The position numbers and the translations under genes were made by a program. Of a stretch of DNA of 64,000 nucleotides, positions 27,593 to 41,819 are shown in pieces (position 1 is the first letter of the stretch; each line of letters starts with the position of its first letter). The stretch is from NCBI RefSeq assembly GCF_009914755.1, contig NC_060926.1; one strand, given 5' to 3'. This DNA is from the human T2T-CHM13v2.0 reference genome, Homo sapiens. The notes under the pieces were generated by a model, which saw only the letters and a program-made list of their open reading frames with translations, had not been told where the DNA came from and did no database searches.

Positions 27593-29637
27593 GAATGGAA
27601 TGTGTACTTTGAAGGGGAAGACATGATGGGGGCTAAGAAGGCAACTGTAATGGATATTTGCTTTCATTTCAGCCCAAACCTCACAGGGAAGAGCAATAGC
27701 ACAGGTTACAGTGTGCCCCAAGCAGCAGCCATTTGGAGGTGCCAGGCAAGCAGGGCACATGTGGTACTGCAGGGTCTGTGCAGGAGTGAACTGGGGCCAA
27801 GTGATCAGCAAGCATTCAGGGAGTGTATTAGAAAGTATCAAGCCGTAAGCAGAACGCTTTGATATCCTGTGTGTGTGAGAGATCATTGATTGCAAATCTA
27901 GTGGGCTCAAGCACAAAGCATTTCACTAAAAGGCTAGGGAGGCCTTTGAAGATTAAGGAAGGCTGAAAGGTGAGCTAGAAAGACAGGATAGTAGATCTGT
28001 TGTTAGAGGAGGGCATGGTACCTTGATCAACAACCCCCTAGTCTGTATCCAATGAGAGAGAGGGATTCCCTTAAAGGAACTCATGGTGCATTTTCTCAAA
28101 GTAAGGACATGGAATGGAGTGGATGTGAAACAGTCAAGACAATTGGCCCCTTGACCAAAAAAACAAGCAAACCAGTGAAAGCCAATCTCACTATGCAAAA
28201 AGCCATCTATCAGCTATCAGGGATGTCCAATAAGCAGAATGAGATGGTCAAAGGGCCAGAGAAGAATCAGGAATTTCACAGGAAGAGAGACAGGGACAGA
28301 GTTAGCAGGAAGGCAGGTACTCAGCAAGGGCAGGCCTGCAATAATGCTGTTTTGCTTATGAACGTTCAGAGGGCTGGCCTCTGCTTCTTTGCCCCTGGAC
28401 TCCTCCCAGTCCAGTCTGCAATAGTCTCTACTTTGCAAACCCTCTCCAGGCAGGGTGCCCTCTGCTCTGCATCTTGAGTGCTTCATCTCTCCTTGGATGA
28501 CCTATGGGATACTGCTCAATCTCTTCCTTGCCTTTTTTCCCACTGGAATTTCCCTCATTCCATGTTTCCATGGGAATTGTTAAGTTGCCAGGGGCCTCTA
28601 CTCTCTCGCCTATTTCCCTCCATGTCACTCTCACTTAGGGGACCCTGTGGCTTAGAACAGCCATGCCAGCACCATGGTTGGTTAAATAGGCCTTTGTGGT
28701 TTGGCCTGGGAACCATACCACTATTTATCATGATTTTTTTCTATGAGGAAATTCTTTGAGTTCCAAACACCCCATTGACTGATGACCTTTCTGAACACAA
28801 CTGTCCCATCTGGGATCAGCAATGGGGTGAGATCACTAGGAATTGTCAGAGCCAAGCTGGGAACAGCAAAACCAGGGCCAGGGCAGGCTAGGGTCAGAAG
28901 CAAGGCATAGGGAGGCATTTGTGAAGGGAATAGCAGGATCGGGGCGGTCAGGGGTTAGTTAGGGAGTTCATAGCAGGAAGGGGTCCAACTCAAGCACAGA
29001 TGTGAATGTGTAGGTTTATGGATGAATCTAGAATCAAACTTGCTGGGAGAGGGATTGGGAGAGGAGAGAGTAAATGACATGACAAGCAGACAATGGATCC
29101 AGGGTAGGTAAAATGTGGAACTGTCAAAGGGCAGAAGACCTACTGGGGCAGTGCCTTTATTATCACTCCCCTTTTGGGCCTGACTGCCTAGAGCTGAGGA
29201 ACTTGGCCACTAGTGTTTATATCTGTTCTCCCACTAAGGGAAGCACAGTACCCAGGGTCATGGGGACACCGCAGCCTTGCTAGGAGCCAGTCTTGGGTTG
29301 CTGGTCCCATTCCTCGCAGAGGCATTGTTCCCACCCAGATCCCTCAGGCCCACTGCGTGGATGCCTGGTTGCTACTTCTCTTCCTTTTTCTGGCTGCTCT
29401 TCCTTTCTCACCACTTTTCTTTGCAAGCTCCATGGAAGGAAGTCCTGGGTCATGACCTTCATTTCCTGCCTCATGTGGCCATAAACTTGAAGGAGATAGA
29501 GTGAAGAAGGAGAGACGAGGTAAAACTGGAGAGGGGCTAGTGAGAATGGTGATGCTGAAAAGGTATTTGCAAGAGAATTGGAGTTCTTCTTAAGAATTCT
29601 AGGGCTCCAGAAGCTTCCTTTCAAAAAGGGTTGGTCA

Positions 29638-30100
29638 TAGAAGCATTATTCATAAGAGTGAAAAAGAACAATCCAATGTCTATCAAGTGATGAATGGATA
29701 AATGGGTAAGCAAAATGTCATATAATCATATAATGGAATATTAGTCGTAAAAAATGTAGTACTGATACATGCTACAACATGAATGAACCTTGAAAACGCT
29801 ATGGTAAAGAAAGAAGCCAGGCACAAACGACTATATATTCTATGATTTTGCTTATATGACCAGAAATGACCAGAATGATCAAATTCATAGACACAGAAAA
29901 TAGATGAGTAGTTGCCAGGTGTTGGGGGAAGTGAGGAATGGGGAATGTCTTCTGATGGGCATAGGATTTCCTTCTTTCTGGAGTCATGTTCTAGAATTAG
30001 TGGTGATGATCACAATCTTGTGAACGTACTAAAACCCGCTGAATTGTACACTTTAAGATGGTGACTTTTATGGTATGTGAATTGTGTCTCAATTTTAAAA
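29638..30100 (+). mobile_element. L1MB 3' end
   Basis: 'gtactgatacatgctacaacatgaatgaaccttgaaaac...tgactttatggtatgtgaattgtgtctcaat'. Confidence 0.9.
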
Positions 30101-30639
30101 AGGGATTGGCAATGGCTTGCTGAGGAGGAGTTAATTTTCACCTGCACTTGCTGTTTGCAGAGCCTGGGTCCCCTGCTGTTCTTTCCAGGCTGCTTCTAGT
30201 GCATGGAGCTTGTAGACCTCAGTCAGAGAATCTGGTGTAACCATCACCGAGTTAAGCATTTCATAGTTGAGAAATGCATTCAAGTGGTGACAGAGAGATG
30301 GGGTGAGTCTTTGGCCCTCAACAATCTCTATCAGCTTCCCCAAAGCTACTCCAAATAACGAGAATAACAAAAGTCAAATACAAATACATCATACTATAGA
30401 AACGCTCAAATAAAAAGTACTACTAAGCATTCATAGAAACTTGCCACTTTAATTGATCTATTTCATACAATGTAGGTAAAAAAAAACAAAAACAAAAAAC
30501 CACACAGACACACATGGGTTTTCTGACCAAATACAGCTGCACCTGAAAGTCATCTTTTCACCTGATGACTACCCCGAAGCCCCTGTTGCATGGGATTCCT
30601 GACATGGCCATTTGTGCTGTGATCCTCTTTGTGCTTTGA

Positions 30640-31033
<394 letters not shown>

Positions 31034-31479
31034 TCAAAGTCTTCCAAATGGTACAGTATGCCTAAGTAGGCATTGGTCCTTGTTGGTCCATCATTAGCAA
31101 AGATATTGGTTGGTTAACAAGGCTCACATTGTGAACCAAATGCCTTGTTTAAGCAGAGTGCAAGAGGACAGAAGTGCTGGATTTCTGCTTGCTGTTTGAT
31201 CAGCTAGCATTTGGAGGTCAGGCTTCAACCTCTAGCTCATAACCCCCTCTTCTAGTTCTGGCTGATAGGAGATTTTTGACTGAAGTTTTAAGAATATATA
31301 AGAAGAAATGCAGAAGAGAACAGACTGGGAAGTAGAAAGGGAGAGAGAAAATGAGTCCTATAATACAGTAAAGTAAGATCAGAAGCATGAGGAGTGAAAG
31401 ATGGACTATGTTGACATTTGCAGCTATGGTTCTCTAGTTGAAAGCCTAGTTTCAAGTTGAAAGTCTTCTGAAACTTCTT

Positions 31480-32665
31480 TTAATGTTTTTTAAGTTGGTA
31501 CCTAATTATCATACATACTTATGGGGCATGTGTGATATTTTGATACATGCATACACTGTGTAATGATCAAATCAGTAATTAGGATATACATCACTTCAAA
31601 CATCTATCATGTCTTTGGGTTGGGAACATTTCAAATCTACCCTTCCAGCTATTTTAAAATATTCAGTAAATTATTTTTAACTATAGTCACTCTGTGGTGC
31701 TATCAAACATTAGAACTTATTCCTTCTATTAATATCTAATTGTTTTATGCATTAATCAACCCCTCTTTATCCCCTTTTCCCCCCAATCCTTCCCAACCTC
31801 TGGTCTTTATCATTCTACTCTCTACCTCCATGAGATCCACTATTTTAGCTTCCACATATGAGTCAGAATATATGATATTTGTTTTCCTGTACCTGGCTTA
31901 TTTCACTTAACATAATGACCTCCAGTTCCGTCCATGTTGCTGCAAGTGACAGGATTACATTCTCTTTTATGGTTAAATAATATTTCATTGTGTATGCACA
32001 CCACATTTTCTTTAACCATTCATCCATTGATTGACACTTAGGTTGATTTCATGTCTTGGTTATTGTGAACTATGATACAAAAAACGGGCATGCAGATATC
32101 TCTTCAATAAACCAATTTTCTTTCTTTTGGATATATACCAAGCAGATTGCTGGGTCATATGTAGGTCTATTTTTAGTTGGTTGAGGAAACTCCATACTGG
32201 TTTCCATAGTGGCTGCACGAATTTACATTATCACCAGAAGTTTACTAGCATTTCCCGCTCTCCACATTCTTATTTTTTGTCTTTGATATTAGCCACTTTA
32301 GCTGGAATGAGATGATATCTCATTAATTTGATTTGCATTCCCCTGGTGATTAGTGATATTGAGCAGTTTTTCAAATGTTGGCCATTTGTGGGTCTTTGAA
32401 AAATGTATATTCAGGTCTTTTGACCATTTAAAAATCAGGTCATTTGTTTTCTTGTTATTGAGTTGTTTGAGTTCCTTATGTATCCTAATTATTAATCCCT
32501 TGTCATATGGATAGTTTGCAAATATTTTCTTGTATTCTGTAGGCTGTCTGTTCGCTGGGTTGACTGTATCCTTTGTTGTGCAGCAGTTTTTTTAGCTCGA
32601 TATAATCCTATTTGTATATTTTTGCTTTTGTCATCTGTGCTTTTGAGGTCTTACCCCCCAAAATG
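31480..32665 (-). mobile_element. L1MA 3' end
   Basis: 'ggcatgtgtgatattttgatacatgcatac...tggcttatttcacttaacataatgacctccagttc...ggatagtttgcaaatatttt'. Confidence 0.92.
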
Positions 32666-32895
32666 TATGTCATGTCATTTTGGTTAAAGCACAGAACTAT
32701 CTTTGGTATGCTTTTCAAATATAGATGGTATTAAATGACTAGTGTTTTCTTCTCATGAATAAAAACATTTTTAAGGATATCCAACAGTTGTACCTGGGAT
32801 GCAAAAATACTGAGATGTATGAAGATAGCATCTATTGTATCATAACCTCCCCCATCATGGAGAACCAGACATTGGCTGCAAATGGAGGCTCATAA

Positions 32896-33274
<379 letters not shown>

Positions 33275-34090
33275 CTAAAGTTTCTTTGGTTAACTAATTG
33301 AACATAGATTAAGTAAGAAATTTAGTGATATGAGTGAATGGGCCTGTATCCGTGTATTTCCAGTAACGTGCTTCATTTATTTTCAACCTCTTCTCTGACT
33401 ACTCCCTTTACGTTCTTGCTTTAATATATGAATTCTCAATGTGGGCAAAAATTAGTTCTTGTTGGGCAGGGGCAGTGAAAAAATCATACTCTTTACATAC
33501 AAAACATAGATCTTTCACAATTTCACAGGGGACAATCGGGTAATACCTAAAAAGGCTCCTTAGGGGGGGTAATAATAAAGAACAAGTTAGGAAATACTCC
33601 TGTGACTGAAACCTGGCTGTCCTTGAGGTCTTTGTGTTTCTTGCACCTGTTTTCTCATTTAGGAACTGGAGGTGGGCAAGTCATCCTCTTAGTTCCTCTT
33701 TGTCATTTGCAAACCAATAAAATTTTAATAAAATTTCTTTCTAAAATTCCTAAAATAATTCTTTGCAAAGTGTCTCACCTCCCTTAAAGTGTCTTTAAAG
33801 CACACACTAATCTTCCTGGTTCAGATAACTATTGATTTTAGGTCACTGTCCTTCATTCTCTGAAGAATTTAGCACCTGACTCACTGTCTCTCCATCACTA
33901 CATGGTGATTCCGTATTGACATAAGTGATCAATCTAACAATCTGGACTCTTGGTTCCTCTACTGCTCCTCAGCTACCCACATCCATGCTCATAACTGAGA
34001 TATGATCATTGTCAAAAACTGCTCCCCTTTCCTGACCTCATTTTTAAGCAACCCCCGTTTTAACGGGGTTTTAACCCCTTTTAAGGTAGT

Positions 34091-35195
34091 CCCCTCTCCC
34101 TCCCCTCCCCCTCCCCCTCCCCTCCCCCTCCCCCTCCCCCTCCCCTCCCCCCTCCCCTCCCCCCTCCCCTCCCCTCCCCCCTCCCCTCCCCTCCCCCTCC
34201 CCTCCCCTCCCCTCCCCCCTCCCCTCCCCCTCCCCCTCCCCCTCCCCTCCCCCTCCCCTCTCCCCTCCCCCTCCCCTCTCCCCTCCCCCCTCCCCCTCCC
34301 CCTCTCCCTCCCCTCCCCCTCCCCCTCCCCCTCCCCTCCCCCTCCCCTCTCCCTCCCCTCCCCCTCCCCCTCCCCCCTCCCCCTCCCCTCCCCCCTCCCC
34401 CTCCCCCCTCCCCTCCCCTCCCCCTCCCCCTCCCCTCCCCCTCCCCTCCCCTCCCCTCCCCCTCCCCTTCCCTTCCTCCTCCCCCTCCCCCTCCCTTTCC
34501 CCTCCTCCTCCCCCTCCCCCTCCCCCTCCCCCTTCCCCTCCTCCTCCCCCTTCCCCTCCTCCTCCCCCTCCTCCTCCCCCTCCCCTTCCCCCTTCCCTTC
34601 CTCCTCCCCCTCCCCTTCCCCCTTCCCTTCCTCCTCCCCCTCCTCCTCCCCCTCCTCCTCCCCCTCCTCCTCCCCCTTCCCCTCCTCCTCCCCCTCTCCC
34701 TTCTCCTCCCCCTCCCCCTTCCCCTTCTCCTCCTCCCCCTTCCCCTTCTCCTCCCCCTCCCCCTTCCCCTTCTCCTCCCCTCCCCCTTCCCCTTCTCCTC
34801 CCCTTCCCCTTCCCCTTCTCCTCCCCTTCCCCTTCTCCTCCCCTTCCCCTTCCCCTTCTCCTCCCTCTCCCCCTTCTCCTCCCCCTCCCCCTTCTCCTCC
34901 CCCTCCCCCTTCCCCTCCCCCTCCCCCTTCCCCTCCCCCTTCTCCTTCCCCTCCCCCTTCTCCTTCCCCTCCCCCTTCTCCTTCCCCTCCCCCTTCTCCT
35001 TCCCCTCCCCCTTCCCCTTCTCCTCCCCCTCCCCCTTCCTCTTCCCCCTTCCCCTTCTCCTCCCCCTTCCCCTTCTCCTCCCCCTTCTCCTTCTCCTCCC
35101 CCTTCTCCTCCCCCTTCTCCTCCCCCTTCTCCTCCACCTCCCCCTTCCCCTCCTCCCTTCCCCTTCCCCTCCTCCCTTCCCCTTCCCCTCCTTTC
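34091..35195. repeat. ~1.1 kb polypyrimidine/polypurine complex repeat (CCCCT, CCCCCT, CCT, CCCCTT units)
   Basis: The + strand contains only C and T, apart from one A that I could find (35136). Confidence 0.98.
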
Positions 35196-35625
35196 CATTA
35201 AAGCAAACTAAATATGGCCTGATAAGGACTCTGTACTTCTCTATTTGAGTCCTTTGTGGACGAATTACAACATAAGTTAATAGGTAGACAAGATTGAGAA
35301 CCTAACTTGGAAGTGTGTGCCTATAATAGTGGCTGGGTCCTGACCAATCCCAGCAGCCATATGTCAACCACTCATATACTGTCAAGTGTTCAAACTGTGT
35401 TCAAGTAAGGCAAATGCTGAACTATAACCAATCCAGTTGTTTCTGTACCTCACTTCTGATTTCTGTATGTCACTTTCCTTTTTTTGTTTGTAAATCTTCT
35501 TCCACCCCATGACTGCACTGGAGTTTCTCTGAATCTGTGATTCTGGGTGCTGCCTGATTTGCAAATCGTTCATTGCTCAATTAAACTCCTTTAAATTTAA
35601 TTCAGCTGAAGTTTTTCTTTTAACA
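35196..35625 (+). mobile_element. MER57A-type ERV1 solo LTR
   Basis: '(ca)ttaaagcaaactaaatatggcctga...' through '...aaatttaattcagctgaagtttttcttttaaca' matches the remembered MER57A1 consensus end to end. Confidence 0.88.
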
Positions 35626-36417
35626 CTGTCTTCTTTCCTTCTTTTCCTCCTTCCTCCCTGGGTCCTTCCTATTTTCCTCCCTCTCCTTCCCTCCAGTATC
35701 TTCCCTTTGACAAATCTCTCACCATTCCAGGACCTCTAATCCACTGGCTTAACTTTTTACTGTTTGTTACCCAGCCCACCAAGTATTCACCGATTACACC
35801 TTTGTAAAATTCAACCTTCCTTCCTACTCTTGGCACACCCCTAAGCCTCTGAAAGATAAATATATTCAGCTGTGCTGAGTGGTCTCACTTTAAACATGTA
35901 AGCACAAACTGTTAGGCTCTGAATGCTACCTGACAGTAATAGTATATTTCTGCACTTTATTCACTTTACGACTCTCTTATTCTTCTAAATGACTATTCTA
36001 TACTTTCGTCTCTTCAAAACATCAACTCCCCCCTTTCCCTTTTCACAAAGAATTTCTCATGCCTACAGCACAAATCTGCCAACATTTCTGCATCTGTAAC
36101 TGTACTTTCTGCCAGCCCTACTGCAATGGATGAGTTGAACTGCAAGTTATGGGGTTTGACTTAAGGCTACCTCCTCTACTTTGCAATAGCTCTCATCACT
36201 TCCTGCCTAATTGCAAGTGTGCTTTCTCTCTCTTTCATCATCATCCTTTAGAACATTAACTAAAATACGAACATATGTAATATCTTTCATTTAGAAACTA
36301 GTCATTCCTTGACCCCACATTTCTCTCAGGCTGCTGTCCCATTTCTCTGTCCCAATTAGAGCAAACTCGTTGAAAGAACTATTCTTCTCAATGTCCTAAT
36401 TCTCTCGTTCTCTCTTT

Positions 36418-37629
36418 TTAGTTATAGCTTTATTGAAATATAATTCACATGACATTATAATTAATCCACTTAAATCGTGTAATTCAATATTTTTTGGTAT
36501 ATTCATGGACTTGCACAACCATTACCACAATCTTAGACCATTTTTATTATCTCAAAAAAAAAAAATCTTACACCCATTAGCAGTTACTCTTATTTGTCCC
36601 CAACCATCACCCTTAGCTCTAGGCAACCACTAATCTACTTTCTGTCTCTATAGATTTGCCTATTGTGGACATGTCATATAAACAGAATGATACAATATGT
36701 GGTCTTTTGTAACTGGCTGTTTTTCACTTAGCATGATACTTTCAGGATTCATCCATTTTGAATCAGGTATCAGTATGTCATTTCTTTTTATTGCTGAATA
36801 ATATTCCATTACATGGATATACCATATTTATCCATCATCAGCTAATGAACATGGTGTTTTTTTCTGCTTTTTGGCTACTGTGATTATTGCTGCAATGAAC
36901 ATTCATGTACAAGATTTTGTGCAGGCATAAATATTTATTTTTCATTTCTCAAGTTTTTTGTGTGAATAAATGATTTGTGTATCTAGCAGTGGAAATGCTG
37001 AATCATACAGTAAATCTGTGTTTAACATTTTGAAGAATTGCCAGGCTGTTTTCAAAGTTTGCAACATTTTACATTCCCATCAGCAATGTTTGAGAGTTTC
37101 AATTTCTTCACATCTTAGTCAACATTGTTTTTGTCTTTTTATTGTATTTATCGTAGTGGGTATTAAATGGTATCTCATTATGGGTTAGATTTACATTTCC
37201 TTGATGGCTAATGATGTTGAACATCTTTTTATATGTGTATTGGTTGTATATCTTCTTTGCAGAAACATCTATTCATATAGTCTGCCCAGTTTTCAACTTG
37301 GTTATTTTCTTTTTATGTTTGAGTTGTAAAAGTTTATAAATATACATTCTAGATACAAATCTGTTATATATATGACTTGCAATTATTTGCTCCCATACTA
37401 TGGGTTGCCTTTTCACTTATTTTATGGTGTTCTTTGAAGCACAAAAGTTTTTAATTTTGATGAAGTCCAGATTACCTATTTTTTCTTTTGTTGTTTATGC
37501 TTTTGGTGTCATCTTAAAGGAACCATTGCTTAATCTAATCCAATATACCTCCTGTTTTTCTTCTAAAGCTTTTATGGTTTTGATCCATTTTTTGTTAATT
37601 TTTATGGAGTGAGGTAAGGCTCCAAATTC

Positions 37630-37660
<31 letters not shown>

Positions 37661-40115
37661 TTTGCATGTAGATTTCCAGTTTTCCCACCACCATTTGTTG
37701 AAAAGATTTGTCTGGAACTCTAGTCAAAACTCAATTGGTCATTGATGTATGAATTATTTTTGGAGTCTCAATTCTATTCCATTTACCTACTTGTCCTCTT
37801 GCAAATACCACACTATCTTACAAGTTTTGAAATTGAGATGTGAAATTCCTGCAACTTTGTTATTTTTTCAAGATTGATAGGTCCCTTGAATTGTCATATG
37901 AATTTTGGTATCAGGTTACCAATTTCTCAAAAGATGTCAGCTGAGATTATAATAGAAAGCACATTGAAACTGTGGATCAATTTGGAGAGTATTGCCATCA
38001 TAATATTAAGTTTTCTAGTCCATGAACATGAGATATCTCTCAATTTATTTATGTCTTTTCTAATATCTTTCAACATTGTTTTGTAGTTTTCAAAGTATAA
38101 GTTTTATACTTCTTTTGTTAGATTTATTTCTAAATTTTTTGGTGATATTGTAGGTGAAATTCTTTTTGGAATTTCACTTTTGGATTATTCAATGCTAGTG
38201 TATAGAAGTACAATTGACTTTTGTATATTGATGTTGTATCCTGCAACCTTGCTAGACTTATTAGTTCTAATAGCTTTTTGGTGAATTTGTATAATTTTCT
38301 ACATACAAGATCCTTAAGGTCTATATGCAAGATTATGTTATGTGCAAATATAGGTAATTTTACTTCTCCCTTTCCAATCAGGATGACTTTTACTTAATTT
38401 TACCTAAAAATTACCCGACTGGCCTGGCTAGAATCTCTAGTATAGTATTGAATAGAAGTGGTAAGACTATACATCCTTGTTTTGTTCCTAATCTTGGGGG
38501 AAAAGTTTTCAGTCTTTCAAGTGTAAGTTATTAATTGTAATGTTAGCTGTGGGTTTTTGTAAATGCCCTTTATCAGGTTGAGGAATTTTTCTTCTGTTCC
38601 TAGTTTGTTGTGTGTTTTTATCATGAAGTAGTGTTCCATGTTGTCAAATGCCTTTTCTGAATCTATTCAGATGATCACATGGCTTTTGTTTTTCATTCTA
38701 TTGGTATGGTGTAATGTATATATTAATTGATTTTTCAGATGTTAAACTAAACTTACATTTCTAGAATAAACCCTGCTTGGTTATGGTGTACAATACTTTT
38801 AATATGTTATTAGTTTGCTAGTATGTTTTCTTATATTCATAAGAGATATTGGTCTGCAGTTTTCTTGTGATGCCTTTGTCTGGTTTTGGTATCACAGTAA
38901 TACAGGCCTCATGTAATGAGTTAGGAATAGTTGTTCTACAATTTCTTAGAAAAGTTTGTGAAGGCTTGATACTAATTCTTTAAACATTTGGTAGAGTTAC
39001 CAATGAAGACATCTGGGCCTGCATTTTCCTTAGTGTTTTTTGATTACTGATTCAATCTTCTTACTTATTATAGGTCTATTTAGATTATCTATTTTTTCTT
39101 GAGTCAGTTTCTGTAGTTTATGTCTCTTTAGTAATTTGCTTGTTTCATCTAAGTTATCTAATTTATTGGCATACAGTTGTTCACAGGATTTCCTGTGGTC
39201 CTTTTAATTTCTGTAAGATTTGTAGTAATGTCTTATTTTTGTTCTTGATTATAGTAATTTGAATTGTCTTTTTGCTTCATCAGTCTTGATAAAGATCTGA
39301 CAATTTTCTTGATCTTTTTGAAGAACCTACTTTTGTTTTTGTTTCTTGTCTCTATTTTCTATTATTTATGTCACTAACGTCTGCTCTAATTGTTATTATT
39401 TCTTTCCTTCTGCTTGGTTTTACTATTCCCCCACCCCAGTATTTTAAAGTTATAAGGCTAAATTATTGATTTGAGATCTTCTTTTATAATGTAAACAATG
39501 GGATACATATAATGTACAAATTTATGGGATGCAGATAAATCAGTGCTGAGAGGGAAATTTTTACTTGTAAATTTCCCTCTAAGCACTGATTTATCTACAG
39601 CCCATCTGTTTTAGTACATAGTATCCCAATTTTTTATTCATCTCAAGGTATTTTCTATGATTTCTTATGAAATTTCCTTTGTGATTTCTTCTTTGACCTA
39701 TTGGTTATTTAGAACTATGTTGTTTAATTTCCACATTTGTGAATTTTCCCAATTTTTCATTATTAATTCCTCTAATTTTTTCCATAGTGGTTGGAGAACA
39801 TAGTGGTTTGCATGATTTCGGCCCTTTTAAATATGTTGATGCTTATTTATAGCTTAATATATGGTCTATCTTGGAGAAAGTTTCATATATGTTTGAAAGG
39901 AATGTGTGTACTGCTCTTGTTGGGTGGAGTATTCTATACTATCTGTTGGGTTAAGTTGGCTTATAACATTATTTAAGTCTTCTATTGTTTTGTTGATCTT
40001 CTGTCTGATGGTTCTATACGTTATTGAAAACGGAGTATTGAAGTCTTCAGTTATTGTTGATTTGTCTATTTCTCTCTCCAATTCTGTCAGTTCTTGCCAC
40101 GTATATTTTGTGTTT
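36418..40115 (-). mobile_element. L1MB-type element, ~3.7 kb (3'UTR back to the ORF2 endonuclease region)
   Basis: 3'UTR 'ctttattgaaatataattcacat'. Minus-strand ORF remnants include KLLELISLARLQDTTSIYKSQ and EIDKSTITEDFNTPFS...INKTIEDLNNVISQL. Confidence 0.92.
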
Positions 40116-40180
40116 GTATATATAGAATGGGATCTGGAAGAATTTGGTCTAAGTTGTTTTAGTGGTGATCTCTTAAGTAG

Positions 40181-40492
<312 letters not shown>

Positions 40493-40594
40493 ACTGTAAT
40501 TTTTCTTATGTATGTGTGTCCGTATTTTTTCTTAATTTCATGCATGTATTACTTATGTTTTCATAAAATATTGTGGGTTTTGTGTTTGTTTATT

Positions 40595-40840
40595 TTTTAA
40601 ACACTAGATTTAGAATGTCTTGTTTTCAGTCCACAGTTCTGGTCCTGGCTTAATAATGTGAACTTGGGCAAGTTATTGACTTCTATAAACCTTGCAAAAA
40701 ATTCAACTCTGAAACAGCACTGGTAACAGCACATCTCTATACAGTTATGTGAAGATTAGAGAGATAATACAAACTGCTTAGTGCTTAGCAAAAGTCTGTT
40801 GTGTAGTCATAGCTTTATAAATGTTAACTATTATTACTGT
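40595..40840 (+). mobile_element. MIR
   Basis: 'tgtgaacttgggcaagttattgacttct...gtgaagattagagagataatac'. Confidence 0.7.
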
Positions 40841-41819
40841 GCTTCAGTGTTACCAGCAAACATTTGAACATAGCTTTCATCTGAAAAACTGAGCCAATGC
40901 TTTGCTTAAAATCATGGCTTTGGGTCAAATGGAAGCATATTATATAGTGGGAAGTTCATGAATAAGATTCCTTTGATTCATAAGCTAAGGGCCATTCATT
41001 ATGGTTTAAATGTAAACCAAGTAAAGGCCTTGAACCAAAGCTCACTCTGTTCCTAATGATCTGTGGGATCCAAACACATGCCAATGCATGCAAAGCTCTG
41101 ATGAACTTGGGGCTTTATCCAAAGCATGCTTTCCTCTAGTACTCTTAATCATCATTCAGAGGTATAAATTTCACAAAAGGAATCTTACCACTACAAGGGC
41201 ACTACTATTTACTACTCACACTACAGAGCTGCACCATCTGTCTCAAAACCACAATTTTATAAATTGCTTTTGATGATATATTGTAGGATTGCCCTGTATA
41301 TGACATTCATGATGAAACCCTCCAGTGAGGCCTCTTCGGTTGAATCAAAATCAACATGTTAATGACTCCCACCTACCCCTAAAAAAGAAAAGAAAATGCT
41401 AACATCCACATTCTGCTTGATGAATCAAAGAAGCAGGGTGCAGATTCCGTAAGATGAATGTTTCTTTCTGCCAGATTGATATCCAGAAACTGTTAGTATT
41501 CCAGATCACCTTGAATTAAGTAATCTTAATTATCCACATGTCAGTGGAAGCCAGCAAGACTTGAATCAAGTTCAGAAGAATCATTGGCTCCGCATCCCAC
41601 CATTTACCCACCCTCCTTCCCCTAAGATGTCCCGGGAAACATCAAGAAAATATAATGCAGGGATATGTAGAAAAAATATAAAGAGGGCCCATTAAAGGTG
41701 AAGAATTGATAGTAAAGAAACCTGGTCGATCAATCAATCAAAAAATATCAATACCGTAAAAGAGACAATAGAGGCAATTTAATACTCCAACCTTAAAGAG
41801 AAAATGGAACGGTGCTCTT

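Larger units (their letters stand above)
33790..36415 (+). mobile_element. Degenerate L2 ORF2 region, split by the CT tract and MER57A
   Basis: L2-like 'ctcagctacccacatccatgctcataactgagatatgatcattgtcaaaaactgc' lies left of the tract. 'ctgagtggtctcactttaaa' and 'ccttgaccccacatttctctcaggctgctgtcccatttctctg' lie to the right. Confidence 0.55.

Noticed and set aside
28052-28477. 141-aa ORF in unique sequence
   Set aside because: No recognisable domain, homology or splice context, and it overlaps similar-sized ORFs on both strands, consistent with chance.
34091-35195. SVA 5' hexamer head
   Set aside because: The units are mostly CCCCT/CCCCCT/CCCCTT rather than (CCCTCT)n, and no Alu-like, VNTR or SINE-R segment follows.
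33989-35201. Three 375-399 aa ORFs (Glu/Gly-rich, resembling RPGR ORF15; Pro/Ser-rich, resembling extensin)
   Set aside because: A strand made of only C/T (or G/A) cannot contain stop codons, so long ORFs are automatic. The RPGR ORF15 basic C-terminal domain and flanking exons are absent, and the flanks are L2 and LTR sequence.
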